Shown: positions 34,981-45,776 of the stretch, in pieces
How positions within the stretch are numbered: the first letter of the stretch is position 1
Layout of the letters: the number at the start of each line of letters is the position of its first letter
NCBI GenBank assembly: GCA_965225945.1
Contig: CBDDBZ010000039.1
Location: 448,001-512,000, forward strand
Source of the DNA: Alphaproteobacteria bacterium
GTDB taxonomy: Bacteria; Pseudomonadota; Alphaproteobacteria; GCA-2731375
Direction: 5' to 3'
DNA length: 64,000 nucleotides
Position numbers and translations under genes: made by a program
Notes under the pieces: generated by a model
Told to the model about the DNA's origin: nothing
Databases searched by the model: none
What the model saw: the letters and a program-made list of their open reading frames with translations, nothing else

Positions 34981-35490
34981 TCAATCCGCCAGCGGCTCGA
35001 TCCCGGCGCGCGCCTCCTCCGGCAGCGCGTGATAGAGTTCGCGCGCCGTTCGCCCGAGCACCGGATGGCGCCAATCGGGCGCCACGTCTAGCAACGGCCG
35101 CAGGACGAAGGCACGATCCTGCAGCCGGGGATGCGGCAACTCCAGGGGAGAGCGATCGTCGGCGCGTCTAATCCGTTCGCCATGCGCCAGCAGATCGAGA
35201 TCGACCGTCCGCGCCGCCCAGCGTTTCCCCCGCTCGCGGCCCATCCGGGCCTCGACGGCGTGCAGCATTTCCAGCAACGCCTCGCCCGGCGGGCTTGCGT
35301 CCAACTGGGCGACGGCATTGACGTAGCAGGGCTGCGAGGACACCGGCACCGGCGCCGTCCGATACCAGGGGGACAGCTTCGCGATCCCCACACCTCTTTC
35401 CTTCAGGATCTCCAGGCTTGCCCTCAAGGCATCGAGGGAAGTGCCGAATTCTCGGGTTTCCAGGTTCCCTCCCAAGGCGATCAGAATCAT
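34981..35490 (-). CDS. folK: 2-amino-4-hydroxy-6-hydroxymethyldihydropteridine diphosphokinase
   Basis: IALGGNL, ARTVDLDLL, PHPRLQDRAFVL. Confidence 0.95.
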   Translation of the reverse strand: MILIALGGNLETREFGTSLDALRASLEILKERGVGIAKLSPWYRTAPVPVSSQPCYVNAVAQLDASPPGEALLEMLHAVEARMGRERGKRWAARTVDLDLLAHGERIRRADDRSPLELPHPRLQDRAFVLRPLLDVAPDWRHPVLGRTARELYHALPEEARAGIEPLAD

Positions 35491-35650
35491 CCTATCCACG
35501 CCCCACGAACGCATTCGACACTTTGAGCGGTCGAATATTTCTTCATTGACCTCGGCCCCGCTCTGGCGTAGCCAAGGCCTCGACGCTTCAGGTGCCCATA
35601 TTCGCGTGGTCCCATTCTTGCGTTTCCATACATTAGGAGAATCAGTCACG

Positions 35651-36340
35651 ATGGACTTCCACCCCGACGAAAGAATCGTACTCTATATCGACGGCGCAAA
35701 TCTGTATTCGGCGGCTCGCGCGCTCAATTTCGACATCGACTACAAAAAGCTGCTCGAGGAATTTCGGGGCAAGGGTCGGATGATCCGAGCGTTTTACTAT
35801 ACCGCCCTGATCGAGGACCAAGAATACTCGCCGATTCGCCCGCTGGTCGACTGGCTGGACTACAACGGCTACACCATGGTGACCAAGCCGACGAAGGAAT
35901 TCACCGACTCCTCCGGGCGGCGCAAGATCAAGGGCAACATGGACATCGAGATCGCGGTCGACATGATGCAAATGGCGGAACACTGCGATCACATCATCCT
36001 GTTCTCCGGCGACGGCGATTTTCGTCGCCTGGTCGAGGCGGTGCAACACAAGGGGCGGCGCGTCACCGTGGTCAGCACGGTTCGCATGCAACCGCCGATG
36101 GTCGCGGACGAGTTGCGCCGTCAAGCCGATCAGTTCATCGAACTGGAGACGCTGATTCCGATGGTGGCGCGCGATCCCAGCATCCGACAGCAAAACGCGC
36201 AGCGCCGCGCCGAGTCCCTAGCGGTGGAACGGTCCGAGGCCGATGGCGAGGACGACGTGGAGCCGATCGAGATCGATACCGCGGACTACGACGGCGACGA
36301 GGACGAGGACGAACACCAGGGATACGAGCCCAGGGTGTGA
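35651..36340 (+). CDS. NYN domain (LabA/DUF88) protein
   Basis: IDGANLY, KGNMDIE, LFSGDGDF, ELRRQAD. Confidence 0.94.
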   Translation: MDFHPDERIVLYIDGANLYSAARALNFDIDYKKLLEEFRGKGRMIRAFYYTALIEDQEYSPIRPLVDWLDYNGYTMVTKPTKEFTDSSGRRKIKGNMDIEIAVDMMQMAEHCDHIILFSGDGDFRRLVEAVQHKGRRVTVVSTVRMQPPMVADELRRQADQFIELETLIPMVARDPSIRQQNAQRRAESLAVERSEADGEDDVEPIEIDTADYDGDEDEDEHQGYEPRV

Positions 36341-36996
36341 CCTTGTCGGACCGAAGCGAGGCCAGCCCCGGCAATCCGCCGCTCGATTGCGCGCTCTGCG
36401 ACCGCCTGGTGGCCGAGCGCGCGGCCAACCGGGCGCAACGGCCGGACTGGCACAATGCGCCCGTGCCGTCGTTCGGACCGAGTACGGCTCGGCTGTTGAT
36501 CGTCGGTCTGGCGCCCGGCCGGGGCGGCGCCAATCGGACGGGCCGTCCCTTCACCGGCGACCATGCGGGCGATCTGCTCTACGCGACCTTGGCCAAGTTC
36601 GGCTTTTCCCGGGGCAGCTACGATGCCCGGCCCGACGACGGCCTCGAGCTGATCGCGTGTCGGATCACCAACGCCGTGCGCTGCCTGCCACCGAAGAACA
36701 AGCCGAGCGGCGCGGAAATCCGCCAATGCCGGCGCTTCCTCGCGGCGGAACTGTCGGCGCCAGCGGGGCCGGCGGTGATCCTGGCGCTCGGCCGCGTCGC
36801 GCATGATTCGACCCTCGACGCCCTCGGCCAGCGCCGCGGCGACCATCCCTTCGCGCACGCCGCGCGGCACCAGCTCGTCGCCGGCCGGGTGCTCCACGAC
36901 AGCTATCATTGCTCGCGCTACAACACCCAGACGCGACGGCTGACGCGTGAGATGTTCGAGGCCGTCTTCGCCGCCATCCGCCGGGACCTCGGATAG
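36337..36996 (+). CDS. Uracil-DNA glycosylase (Fe-S, family 5-like)
   Basis: CxxC, VGLAPG...GANRTGRPFTGD, HCSRYNTQT. Confidence 0.93.
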   Translation: MTLSDRSEASPGNPPLDCALCDRLVAERAANRAQRPDWHNAPVPSFGPSTARLLIVGLAPGRGGANRTGRPFTGDHAGDLLYATLAKFGFSRGSYDARPDDGLELIACRITNAVRCLPPKNKPSGAEIRQCRRFLAAELSAPAGPAVILALGRVAHDSTLDALGQRRGDHPFAHAARHQLVAGRVLHDSYHCSRYNTQTRRLTREMFEAVFAAIRRDLG

Positions 36997-37180
36997 GGCC
37001 GAGTGGCCCAGCGGACTATGAGGGCGGATTTGGCCGAAGCAATCCGGGAAAAGGGATATCGAGGCGAAGCCGAGGAACTTTGTGCCGATCAACAAAGTAG
37101 CCTGGCCATATACAGGCTTTCGAGCAAGTGTGCGCGATTGGCTGGACCGATTTTGATGATCGGTTGCACGAGCGCGATCG

Positions 37181-37432
37181 TCAGGTCGGCGGTTCGATCG
37201 CCGACCTGACGGCGGGAACCTTCGGGGCAAGATCGCATGCCACGCGAAAGTGAATTTTCGCCTCCACTATTTTATCCTTGGCTATCAATAACAGCGCGTA
37301 ATTGTAATGGGTCTCCGGGTCATCTGGTCGCAGGCGTAGGGCCTCCCCATAATACGCTTCGGCCTCGGCTATATCGCCTCGAATATGTAGGAGAGCCGCA
37401 ATATCGTTATGGGCCTTCGGGTAGTCCGGCCA
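37181..37432 (-). pseudogene. C-terminal fragment of a TPR-repeat protein
   Basis: PDYPKAHND-x-A...AEAYYGEALRLRPDDPETHYNYALLL; no credible start. Confidence 0.65.
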
Positions 37433-37475
37433 CTCCACCTGGCCAAATGATAGGATAGAAGCCACTCCCAAGTAT

Positions 37476-37739
37476 ATGGTCGAGCGACATCTCCCGGGGA
37501 TCACCAGCGATCAGTTGTCCGCGGCTGCCACTCGGGCGAAGTCCGTCACGGTCCAGATGAGCGATGAGGGCATCCCTGTTCGATACCTCCGCTCCACTTT
37601 CGTGCCGGGTGAAGAGAAGTGTTACTGTCTCTTCGATGGGCCCTCCGCCGACGCGGTCGAGCAGGCCAATAAGCGAGCAGAGATACCTTACGAACGCGTC
37701 GTCGAAGCCATGCACATCGCATCGGACGATTTAAGTTAG
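37476..37739 (+). CDS. DUF4242 / SCO4226-like small protein
   Basis: (PKY)MVER-x-LPG...VRYLRS...CYCLFDGPS-x-DAV-x-x-AN. Confidence 0.75.
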   Translation: MVERHLPGITSDQLSAAATRAKSVTVQMSDEGIPVRYLRSTFVPGEEKCYCLFDGPSADAVEQANKRAEIPYERVVEAMHIASDDLS

Positions 37740-37893
37740 GGTCCGTCTCTTCCCTTGGGTTCTCGGCGGCATAATCCGCGTTTTCCCAGCACGCGGGCTC
37801 TCCGCGGTTGATGGTTGGCACTGTCACGCAAGGGGGAGTGCGACGTGCCCGGCCGCCAACATCTGGATACTCCAAAAGCTACCGGAAGCCCTA

Positions 37894-39071
37894 GTGTCCT
37901 GATCGATAAATTGATATGATTATGTCTCTATTTGTTTTCAGGAGGCGCGATTGATGGCGAGAGTGGCGGTGACGATCTCTTTGAGCGATGACGAGCGCGC
38001 CGAATTGGAGGCGCTGTCTCGTCGTCGCAAGACGTCGCAGGGGCTTGCGCGGCGGGCTCGGATCGTCTTGGCGGCGGCGGAAGGGTTGGAGAACAAGGAG
38101 ATCGCCGTTCGTCTCGAGGCGAGCGCGGACACCGTGGGCAAGTGGCGTCGCCGCTATGCGGCGGAGGGCCTCGACGGTCTGTACGACGAACCCCGCCCCG
38201 GCGCGCCGCGTCAAATCGGCGATGACGCCATCGCGGAAGCGGTCCGGCTGACGCTGGAAGAGACGCCGCCGGACGCGAGCCATTGGAGCCTTCGCTCGAT
38301 GGCGCGGGCGAGCGGCCACGCGCCCTCGACCATTCATCGCATCTGGCGGGCCTTCGGCTTGCAGCCGCATCGCTCGGAGACCTTCAAGCTGTCGAGCGAT
38401 CCCTTCTTCGTGGAGAAGGTCCGCGACATCGTCGGTCTGTATTTGGCGCCGCCGGATCGTGCCCTGGTTCTCTGTGTCGACGAAAAGAGCCAGATCCAGG
38501 CCTGGACCGTTCCCAGCCCCTCTTGCCGATGCGCCCCGGGCAGGCGGAGCGGCGCAGCCACGACTACAAGCGCCACGGCACGACCTCTCTCTTCGCGGCC
38601 CTCGACATCGCCACGGGAGAGATCATCGGCAAATGTTTCCCGCGCCATCGGGCCCGAGAGTTCCGCAAATTCCTCGACCTCGTCGAGGCGAACGTCCCTG
38701 GTGATCTCGACATCCACATCGTCATGGACAACTACGGGACCCACAAGACCAAGGCGATCCGCGACTGGTTCGCCAAACGGCCGCGCTGGCAGGCCCATTT
38801 CACACCCACCAGCGCCTCCTGGCTCAACCAGGTCGAGCGCTGGTTCGGGCTGCTGACCGACAAGCAGATCAGGCGCGGCGTCCATCGCTCCACCAAGGAG
38901 TTGGAGCGCACCATCCTCGACTACATCGACACGACAAACCAGAACCCCAAACCCTTCAAATGGACCAAATCCGCCGATGACATCCTCGGCGCCATCCAGC
39001 GCTTCTGCCTCCGAACAATCGAAATCGCTGAACAGCAGGCGAAAATCATGCGAACTTCGGAATCGGGACAC
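37894..39071 (+). mobile_element. IS630-family element
   Basis: IRs GTGTCCTGAT / ATCGGGACAC, TA duplicated within CTAG on both sides. Confidence 0.93.
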
Positions 39072-39074
39072 TAG
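37951..39074 (+). pseudogene. IS630 transposase with a 1-nt frameshift at about 38501
   Basis: VDEKSQIQA|(L)DR junction lacks one C; [26 protein letters not shown] follow in the other frame. Confidence 0.88.
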
Positions 39075-39351
39075 TTTACGGTTAACCTCATCGCGGCAAA
39101 TGTCATGGCCCGATGTCGGCCATGGGACACAACCCGACATACCGAAAATTCGCTCCGCGCATAGATTCTTCCACAGCGGTTCGCTAATCTCGATGCCAAG
39201 GGGGACCGTCAATGGAGTGTCGCCTCGCCGCGATCCATGCTGGCGACGTGGCTTGCTACACCCGTCTAATTCGAGCGGACGACGGCCGTAGTCGCGGCCG
39301 AGGCCCGCAGCCGTGTCCCCCAGATCACTCCGCTACAGGACTAGCCGTTTC

Positions 39352-40233
39352 ATGAAACTGGTCACCTACAACATTCAATATGGCGTCGGGAAAGACTGGA
39401 AATGCGATCTCGGCCGCATCGCACAGGCGGTGGTCGGGGCCGACGTCATCGCCCTGCAGGAGGTGGTCCGCCACATGCCGATGACCGGGGCCGGCGACCA
39501 GCCGGCCGAACTGGCGGGCCTCTTGCCCGGCTACTATTGGGTCTATGGCGCGGGCGTGGACCTCGACCGCAGCGAGGTGGGCGAGGATGGCTCGATCGTC
39601 AACCGCCGCATGCAGATCGGTAACATGCTGCTTGCCCGCCGGCCGATCCTGTCATTGCGCCTGTTCATGCTGCCCAAGCTCTCGCCCATTGACCGCCAGA
39701 CCTCTCAGCGCGTCGCCCTCGAGGGCATCGTCGAGACTGACAGCGGCCCCTTGCGGCTTTTCTCCGTGCATCTGAGCGCCGCCTACAGCCGCGAGCGCAA
39801 GCTGCAGGTGGCCGAACTGCTGCGACTGCACCGCGAAGGCCCGATGAGTGGGGCGGTGAGCGACGGACCGAACAACTGGGCCGAACGCAATGCTCTGAAA
39901 TGCCCGCCGGTTCCCGAGACGGCGGTCATCATGGGCGACTTCAACTTCGAGCCCAGTCACCCGGAATACGCCCTGATGACGGGTGAAGTGGACCCCATCT
40001 ACGGCCGCATCACGACCCGCGACGGCTTCGCCGATGCCTGGGTGCGCGCCGGTCACGGCGAGGACGAGGGGGTCACCTGCCCCTATTGCCCGGAGAACGA
40101 CACCATCCACGACATGCGCCTCGACTACGTCTACGTCAGCGCCGACTTGGCCGGCCGCGTGTGCGCCGCCCGCATCGACGACGACGCCCAGGGCTCAGAC
40201 CACCAGCCGGTGTGGGCCGAACTCGAGCTTTAG
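39352..40233 (+). CDS. Endonuclease/exonuclease/phosphatase family protein
   Basis: TYNIQYG, DVIALQEV, MGDFN, RLDYVY, SDHQPV. Confidence 0.93.
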   Translation: MKLVTYNIQYGVGKDWKCDLGRIAQAVVGADVIALQEVVRHMPMTGAGDQPAELAGLLPGYYWVYGAGVDLDRSEVGEDGSIVNRRMQIGNMLLARRPILSLRLFMLPKLSPIDRQTSQRVALEGIVETDSGPLRLFSVHLSAAYSRERKLQVAELLRLHREGPMSGAVSDGPNNWAERNALKCPPVPETAVIMGDFNFEPSHPEYALMTGEVDPIYGRITTRDGFADAWVRAGHGEDEGVTCPYCPENDTIHDMRLDYVYVSADLAGRVCAARIDDDAQGSDHQPVWAELEL

Positions 40234-40251
40234 GGCCGTACGGCGATCAGG

Positions 40252-40305
40252 TGTCAATTGGTGTCGAATATCGACCCCCTATCGGCGTGCAAAATTGACC
40301 CCCCC
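40252..40305. mobile_element. Orphan IS21-family terminal repeat
   Basis: TGTCAATTGGTGTCGAATATCGACCCCCTATCGGCGTGCAAAATTGACCCC: TGT start with two tandem transposase-binding units ending GACCCC. Confidence 0.75.
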
Positions 40306-40455
40306 CTTCCCTGCGTTCGCTCGGAGGTTGCCCATAGGGGGGACCCGCGCGCGCCGTGTCGTGCCCGCCTACACGGAACGGGGCGCGCGGGCGAAGGAAC
40401 GCGGTCGCCCCTCCGCCCTTCCGATCAGGGAACCAAGGCCGCCCTGCTCGCCCGC

Positions 40456-40911
40456 TCAGCCCCGGCGCAACAGGCGCTGCTGCTGGCGCTTCCAGTCCCG
40501 TTCCTTGATCGCGGCGCGCTTGTCGTATTGCCGCTTGCCGCGGGCCAAGCCCAGCAGCACCTTGGCGATGCCGCGCTCGTTGAAATAGAGCCTGAGCGGC
40601 ACGACGGTGCCACCCTGGCGGTGGATCCGGTCGCTGAGCTTGCCGATCTCGCGGCGATGCAGCAGCAACTTTCGGGCCCGGCGCGGCTGATGGTTATACC
40701 GATTGCCGGCCGTGTATTCCGGGATATAGGCGTTGAGGAGGAACAGCTCGCCGCCGGTCTCGCTGGCATAGCTTTCCGAGATGTCGGCGCGGCCCTCGCG
40801 CAACGACTTGACCTCGGTGCCGGCCAGCACCAGCCCCGCCTCCACCGTCTCGTCGATGAAGTAGTTGTGGCGGGCCTTTCTGTTTTCCGCCGCGACCCGG
40901 ACCTGAGCCAT
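40456..40911 (-). CDS. smpB: SsrA-binding protein
   Basis: [30 protein letters not shown]. Confidence 0.97.
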   Translation of the reverse strand: MAQVRVAAENRKARHNYFIDETVEAGLVLAGTEVKSLREGRADISESYASETGGELFLLNAYIPEYTAGNRYNHQPRRARKLLLHRREIGKLSDRIHRQGGTVVPLRLYFNERGIAKVLLGLARGKRQYDKRAAIKERDWKRQQQRLLRRG

Positions 40912-40919
40912 CGCCGCCG

Positions 40920-41795
40920 TCAGTTGAGCAGGCCGGCGTGACGCAGCGCCCCCTCGACCTTCTTCTTGGTGCCCTCGCTCGGCGGCACCAGTGGCAGCCT
41001 GAGCTCGCCCGGGCAGAGACCGAGCACGTTCGCCGCGTGCTTCACGCCGCCCGGGCTCGGCTCCAGGAACAGCGCCACGTGCAGCGGCATCAGCCGATCC
41101 TGATATTCCAGCGCGGTTTTGTAGTCGCCCGCCATGCAGGCTTCCTGGAACTCGCTGCAGAGCCTGGGCGCGACATTCGCCGACACCGAGATGCAGCCGT
41201 CGCCACCATGCGCCATGTAGCCGAGCGCGGTCCCGTCCTCGCCCGAGAGCTGGCACCAATCGCCGTCGATCAGCATTTGCTCCTTGCTCGGCCGGGTCAG
41301 GTCGGCGGTCGCGTCCTTGACGCCGACGACGTTGGTCAGCGTCGCGATCCGCGCCATCGTGTCGGGTAGGATGTCGACCACGGCGCGGGGCGGGATGTTG
41401 TAGACGATGATCGGCAGGTCGACCGCGTCGTTGATCGCCTTGAAGTGCTGGTAGAGCCCCTCCTGATTGGGCTTGTTGTAATAGCCCGCTACATGCAGCG
41501 CGCCATCGGCGCCGGCAGCTTTCGCATGCTCGGTCAAATCGATCGCCTCCGCCGTGCTGTTGGAGCCGGCGCCAGCGATGACCGGCAGGCGGCCGTCGAC
41601 CTGCTCGATGACGACGTCGATAACGCGCTTGTGCTCATCGTGGCTCAGCGTCGGCGATTCACCCGTGGTGCCGCATGGCACGATGCCGTGGGTGCCCTGC
41701 TCGACATGCCAGTCGACCAGTTTGCGAATCGAGGCCTCGTCCACGTCTCCGTTCCGAAACGGGGTGATCAATGCGACGATCGAGCCCTTGAACAT
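40920..41795 (-). CDS. dapA: 4-hydroxy-tetrahydrodipicolinate synthase
   Basis: [30 protein letters not shown]. Confidence 0.97.
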   Translation of the reverse strand: MFKGSIVALITPFRNGDVDEASIRKLVDWHVEQGTHGIVPCGTTGESPTLSHDEHKRVIDVVIEQVDGRLPVIAGAGSNSTAEAIDLTEHAKAAGADGALHVAGYYNKPNQEGLYQHFKAINDAVDLPIIVYNIPPRAVVDILPDTMARIATLTNVVGVKDATADLTRPSKEQMLIDGDWCQLSGEDGTALGYMAHGGDGCISVSANVAPRLCSEFQEACMAGDYKTALEYQDRLMPLHVALFLEPSPGGVKHAANVLGLCPGELRLPLVPPSEGTKKKVEGALRHAGLLN

Positions 41796-41915
41796 GATAT
41801 CCTCCCTGGGATTTTGCCCGACGATACCGGTTGCACAGGGTCGCGGCAAGCGCGTCGAGGGCGCGGCCCGCGGGTCGGTTGGACGGCACGCGCGCGCGCG
41901 GGTAAAATCCGCTTC

Positions 41916-43991
41916 ATGTATTCGCGACGCGCCATGGCGTGGGCTGATCGGCACCGCTTGCTTCGGGGCGCGCGTCCGGGCCACATATTCGCCGCCTTGG
42001 CGGGCTTGGTTCTCCTGGCTTCCCTCTCCTCGACGGCCGCGGCCGTCCCCTCGGCCCCGGCCACCGGCGACCTCTCCGACTTCGAGGCGAAGCTGACCGC
42101 GGCCGACGAAGAGCTCTACACCCGGGCCTTCCGCGCGGCCGACGGAGGCGGCTGGAACCGCGCCAATCGCTTGGCCCGCCGCGCCCGAGAACCGCTCCCC
42201 GCTAAAATCCTGGAATGGCTGCGCCTGACCAGGGGCCAAGGCGAGCCCAGTTTCGAACGGTTGGTCCGCTTCATCGAGCAGAACCCCAACTGGCCGCGCC
42301 GCCGGTCCCTGCTGGCGCAGGCGGAAGAGGCTATGGCGAAGAACGTCTCCGACGCCCGCATCATCGCCTGGTTTCGCGCTCGCCGCCCGGTGACGGGCAG
42401 GGGCCGACAGCGCCTCGGCGAGGCGCTGTTGGCCGAGGGCTTCGCGAAGCAAGGCGCCGAGTGGCTGCGCCATACCTGGGTCCACGACGACTACGAACGC
42501 GAAGAACAGCGGCGGTTCCACAAGTGGCATCGGAGCCTGCTGCGTACGGAAGATCATGTCGCCCGGCTCGACCGCCTGCTTTGGGACGAGCGGCGGAGCG
42601 ACGCGAAAGCCATCCTGGGCTTGGTGCCCGCCGACCAACGGCGCCTGGCGGAGGCGCGACTGGCGCTGATGCGCCGGAGCCGCGACGTGGGAAAGCGGAT
42701 CTCGGCCGTGCCGAGCGCGCTGCGCAATAATCCCGGCCTGGTTTACGAGCGCGTGCGCTGGCGGCGCCGCGCCGGCGAGGAGGAGAGCGCGCGGAAGCTG
42801 TTGGCGGCCCACGAGGGCGACGAGGGCGCCCGGCCCGAGAAGTGGTGGGCGGAGCGGCACCGCCATGTGCGGGATTTGATCGAGAAGCGGCGGATGAAGA
42901 CCGCCTACGCGCTTGCCCAAATGCACGGACAACCGCCCTTCAGCGTCGGCTTCGCCGAGGCCGAGTTCCTCTCCGGCTGGCTCGCCTTACGTTTCTTGAA
43001 GAAGCCCTTGGCCGCTGCCTGGCATTTTCGCCGCCTCTACGACGGTGTCCGCTTCCCGATCTCGCGCGCTCGCGCCGCCTATTGGCGGGCCCGCGCGTCC
43101 CAGGCCCTCGGGCAGGCCAATCACGCCCAGCGCTGGTATCGCCTGGCAGCGCGATATCCGGCCACCTACTACGGACAATTGGCGACCGAGGCGCTGGGAC
43201 GCGGATCGCTGTTGCGGTTGCCCAGGCTGCGCAAGCCGCGCGACGCCGAGCGGCGGATCTTCGCGCGCCGCGAACTGGTCCGCGCGGCGGCGATGATGTC
43301 GCAACTGGGACAACGCCGATTGTTCCGGAGTTTCATGCTGCGTCTGGGTGAAACCCTGCCAGGCCGCCTCGATCAGTATCTATTGTCCTGGATGGCGCGG
43401 CGTCATCGCCATCCCGGTCTCGCCATTCGGTTGGCCAAGAAGGCGCTCCGCCAAGGCACCACGGTGATCGAGACCGCCTATCCCCTGGTCACCATCCCCC
43501 GCACGCGCAGCGAGCGCAGCCTGGTCCTCGCGGTCGCGCGGCAGGAAAGCGAGTTCGATCCCCGGGCCATAAGCCCGGCCGGCGCGCGCGGCATCATGCA
43601 GCTCATGCCGTCCACGGCGCGCGGGGTCAGCCGCGACATCGGCGCCCGCTACTCCAAGCGGCGGCTGACCGGCGATCCGCGCTACAACATTCGCCTCGGC
43701 GACAGCTATCTCGTCCAACTCGCCGAGTAGTAGAATGGCTCCTATGTGCTGACCGTCGCCGCCTACAACGCCGGGCCCGGCCGGGTCAGAACATGGATCA
43801 AGCGCAACGGCGACCCCAGAAAATCCAAGGTCGACGCGATCGACTGGGTGGAGCTGATCGGCTTCCAGGAGACCCGCAACTATGTGCAGCGGGTCATGGA
43901 GAACCTGCAGATCTACCGCGCCCGCATCGCCAACCGGCCGATCGCCAGCCGCATCGGCGCCGACCTGGTGCGCAACCGCACGGCCAACTGA
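41916..43991 (+). pseudogene. Soluble lytic murein transglycosylase (Slt70-like) with two in-frame TAG codons
   Basis: Helical N-domain, RQESEF, GIMQLMP, then TAG TAG at 43728-43733, then NGSY...AAYNAGP...ETRNYVQRV in the same frame. Confidence 0.9.
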
Positions 43992-44022
43992 TGGCGCGCG
44001 CAACGATGAGGGAGAAGACGCG

Positions 44023-45105
44023 ATGAAATGGGGTGTCTTCAGCCTGAGCCAGATGCCGGATCAGAGCAATCGCGTCGCGGCTTTCGACGCCGATTTTCGC
44101 CAGTTCGAGCTGGCGGAGAAATTGGGCTACGACACCATCTGGATCGCCGAGCACCTGTTCTCGAGCTATGGCGTGGTGACCTCGACCCAGGTGTTGGCCG
44201 CGGCAATCGCCGAGCGGACGGAGAAGATCGGCATCGGCATGGCCGTCGTGGTGATCCCCTTCAACCATCCACTCCGCACCGCCTCCGATTTTGCCCTGGT
44301 CGACGTGTTGAGTCATGGCCGCTTGAAGTTCGGCGTCGGCCGGGCCTATCAGCCGCACGAGTTCGCCGGCCTCGACGTGGCGATGACCGAGAGCCGGGAG
44401 ATGTTCGCCGAGGGGATGGAGATCATTACCAAGGCCTGGACCCAGGAGAAGATGAGCCACTTCGGGCGCCACTGGCGGGTGCCGATCGACACCGAGGTGT
44501 TGCCGAAGCCGGTGCAGAAGCCCCATCCGCCGATCTATCAAGCCTCCATCTCGCCGGAGAGCTACGAGATCGCGGCGGTGAACGGCTGGCACCTGCAGCT
44601 CGCCTCGCCCTTCAACTATCGGAACTACCGCGAGAAGTGGATGGACCAGTTGGAGGTGCATCTGGCGCATTACGCCGAGCGCCGCGAGGCGTGTGGGCAC
44701 GGCGCGGACGGCGGTGAACGGATGCTGCTGACGCCCTTCTTCGTCGCCGACACGAACGAGGAGGCGATCGAGATCTACCGGCCCAGGGTCGAATGGTTCT
44801 ACGCCAAGGTCAGCGCCAACCAGGGCGCGACACCCGGCCAGGCGGCGGAGGTCAAGGGCTACGAGCTCGGCATGCGGGAAGGCAAGCGGACCCGCGAGAT
44901 GGGCTGGCTCACCTTCGACAAATTGCGCGAGCACGGCGCCTGCGTGGTCGGCGATCCCGACTATTGCATCGAGCGCCTCGCCGAGATGAAGCGGCGCTTC
45001 GGGATCACCGAATTCACCCTCTGGTTCAACATCGCCGGCATCGAGGGCGAGATCGCCGAGCGCTCGATGCGCCTCGCGATGGAGCAGGTGATCCCCAACG
45101 TCTGA
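44023..45105 (+). CDS. LLM-class flavin-dependent oxidoreductase
   Basis: WIAEHLF, GRLKFGVGRAYQ, PKPVQKPHPP. Confidence 0.93.
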   Translation: MKWGVFSLSQMPDQSNRVAAFDADFRQFELAEKLGYDTIWIAEHLFSSYGVVTSTQVLAAAIAERTEKIGIGMAVVVIPFNHPLRTASDFALVDVLSHGRLKFGVGRAYQPHEFAGLDVAMTESREMFAEGMEIITKAWTQEKMSHFGRHWRVPIDTEVLPKPVQKPHPPIYQASISPESYEIAAVNGWHLQLASPFNYRNYREKWMDQLEVHLAHYAERREACGHGADGGERMLLTPFFVADTNEEAIEIYRPRVEWFYAKVSANQGATPGQAAEVKGYELGMREGKRTREMGWLTFDKLREHGACVVGDPDYCIERLAEMKRRFGITEFTLWFNIAGIEGEIAERSMRLAMEQVIPNV

Positions 45106-45113
45106 GGTCGGGC

Positions 45114-45425
45114 TCAGGGATAGGTCTGAACGTAGGCCTCGCGGATTCGGGTCGAGACCGCGCCGAATTTGGCATCGTATTCGGCCAGCAGGTCCTCGAA
45201 CTCTCGGCTGTCTTGGAAGCGGGCGAAGCTCTCCTCGCTGTCGAACTCGTAGACCGCGATATTTTGGTGCTTGTCGTCGCTCATCAGGGTCTTGTAACGC
45301 CGCGCGCTGACCGCGCCCGGGAAGCGCAGCAGTTGGGCGCAGTGCTCGGTGTCGTACCAATGGTTGAAGGCCGCCTCGTGGTCGGGCTCGATGGTCGCCT
45401 TGACGGTCAGAAGTACGATGGCCAT
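45114..45425 (-). CDS. EthD/DUF4286-like dimeric alpha-beta barrel protein
   Basis: FNHWYDTEH...PGAVSARRY...AVYEF. Confidence 0.8.
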   Translation of the reverse strand: MAIVLLTVKATIEPDHEAAFNHWYDTEHCAQLLRFPGAVSARRYKTLMSDDKHQNIAVYEFDSEESFARFQDSREFEDLLAEYDAKFGAVSTRIREAYVQTYP

Positions 45426-45776
45426 GTCGCCGGTCCCCTCGTTGTAGGTCTCGATGCACCTCTGGTGGCATTAGCGCATGGGCGTGGAGGGGCGACAAGC
45501 CGCGCGACGGCGCTTGCCCGGACGATCGCGTAAACGCGATCACCCTGAATTCTTCTTGTTCCCTCAGACGCCGGGCGCGCCCATCCGGGCGCTTGGCTTC
45601 GCTCGCATGGGCTCGCGGGGCCTCAATGGCCCATCCGCAGCCATTGACGCGGCATCAAGGACGTGTCCATCAATTCTGGCGATTGCCCCTCGGCGCTTGC
45701 ATCCGGGCGCGCCCGCGCGCTACACCCGGCGCCACGGGCGGATCGATTCCGCGATGGTGAGGGAGAGGGTGCCGCC

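Noticed and set aside
38490-38510. Programmed frameshift in the second IS630
   Set aside because: No slippery A-run; the break lies in the conserved QIQALDR motif and is a plain 1-nt loss
40234-40455. tmRNA (ssrA) next to smpB
   Set aside because: No tRNA-like ends or tag reading frame recognised; the sequence is better explained by an IS21 end
43728-43733. Genome-wide TAG reassignment
   Set aside because: TAG ends many genes at their expected C-termini here (amidase, udg, motA, motB, ate, the oxidoreductase at 21913)
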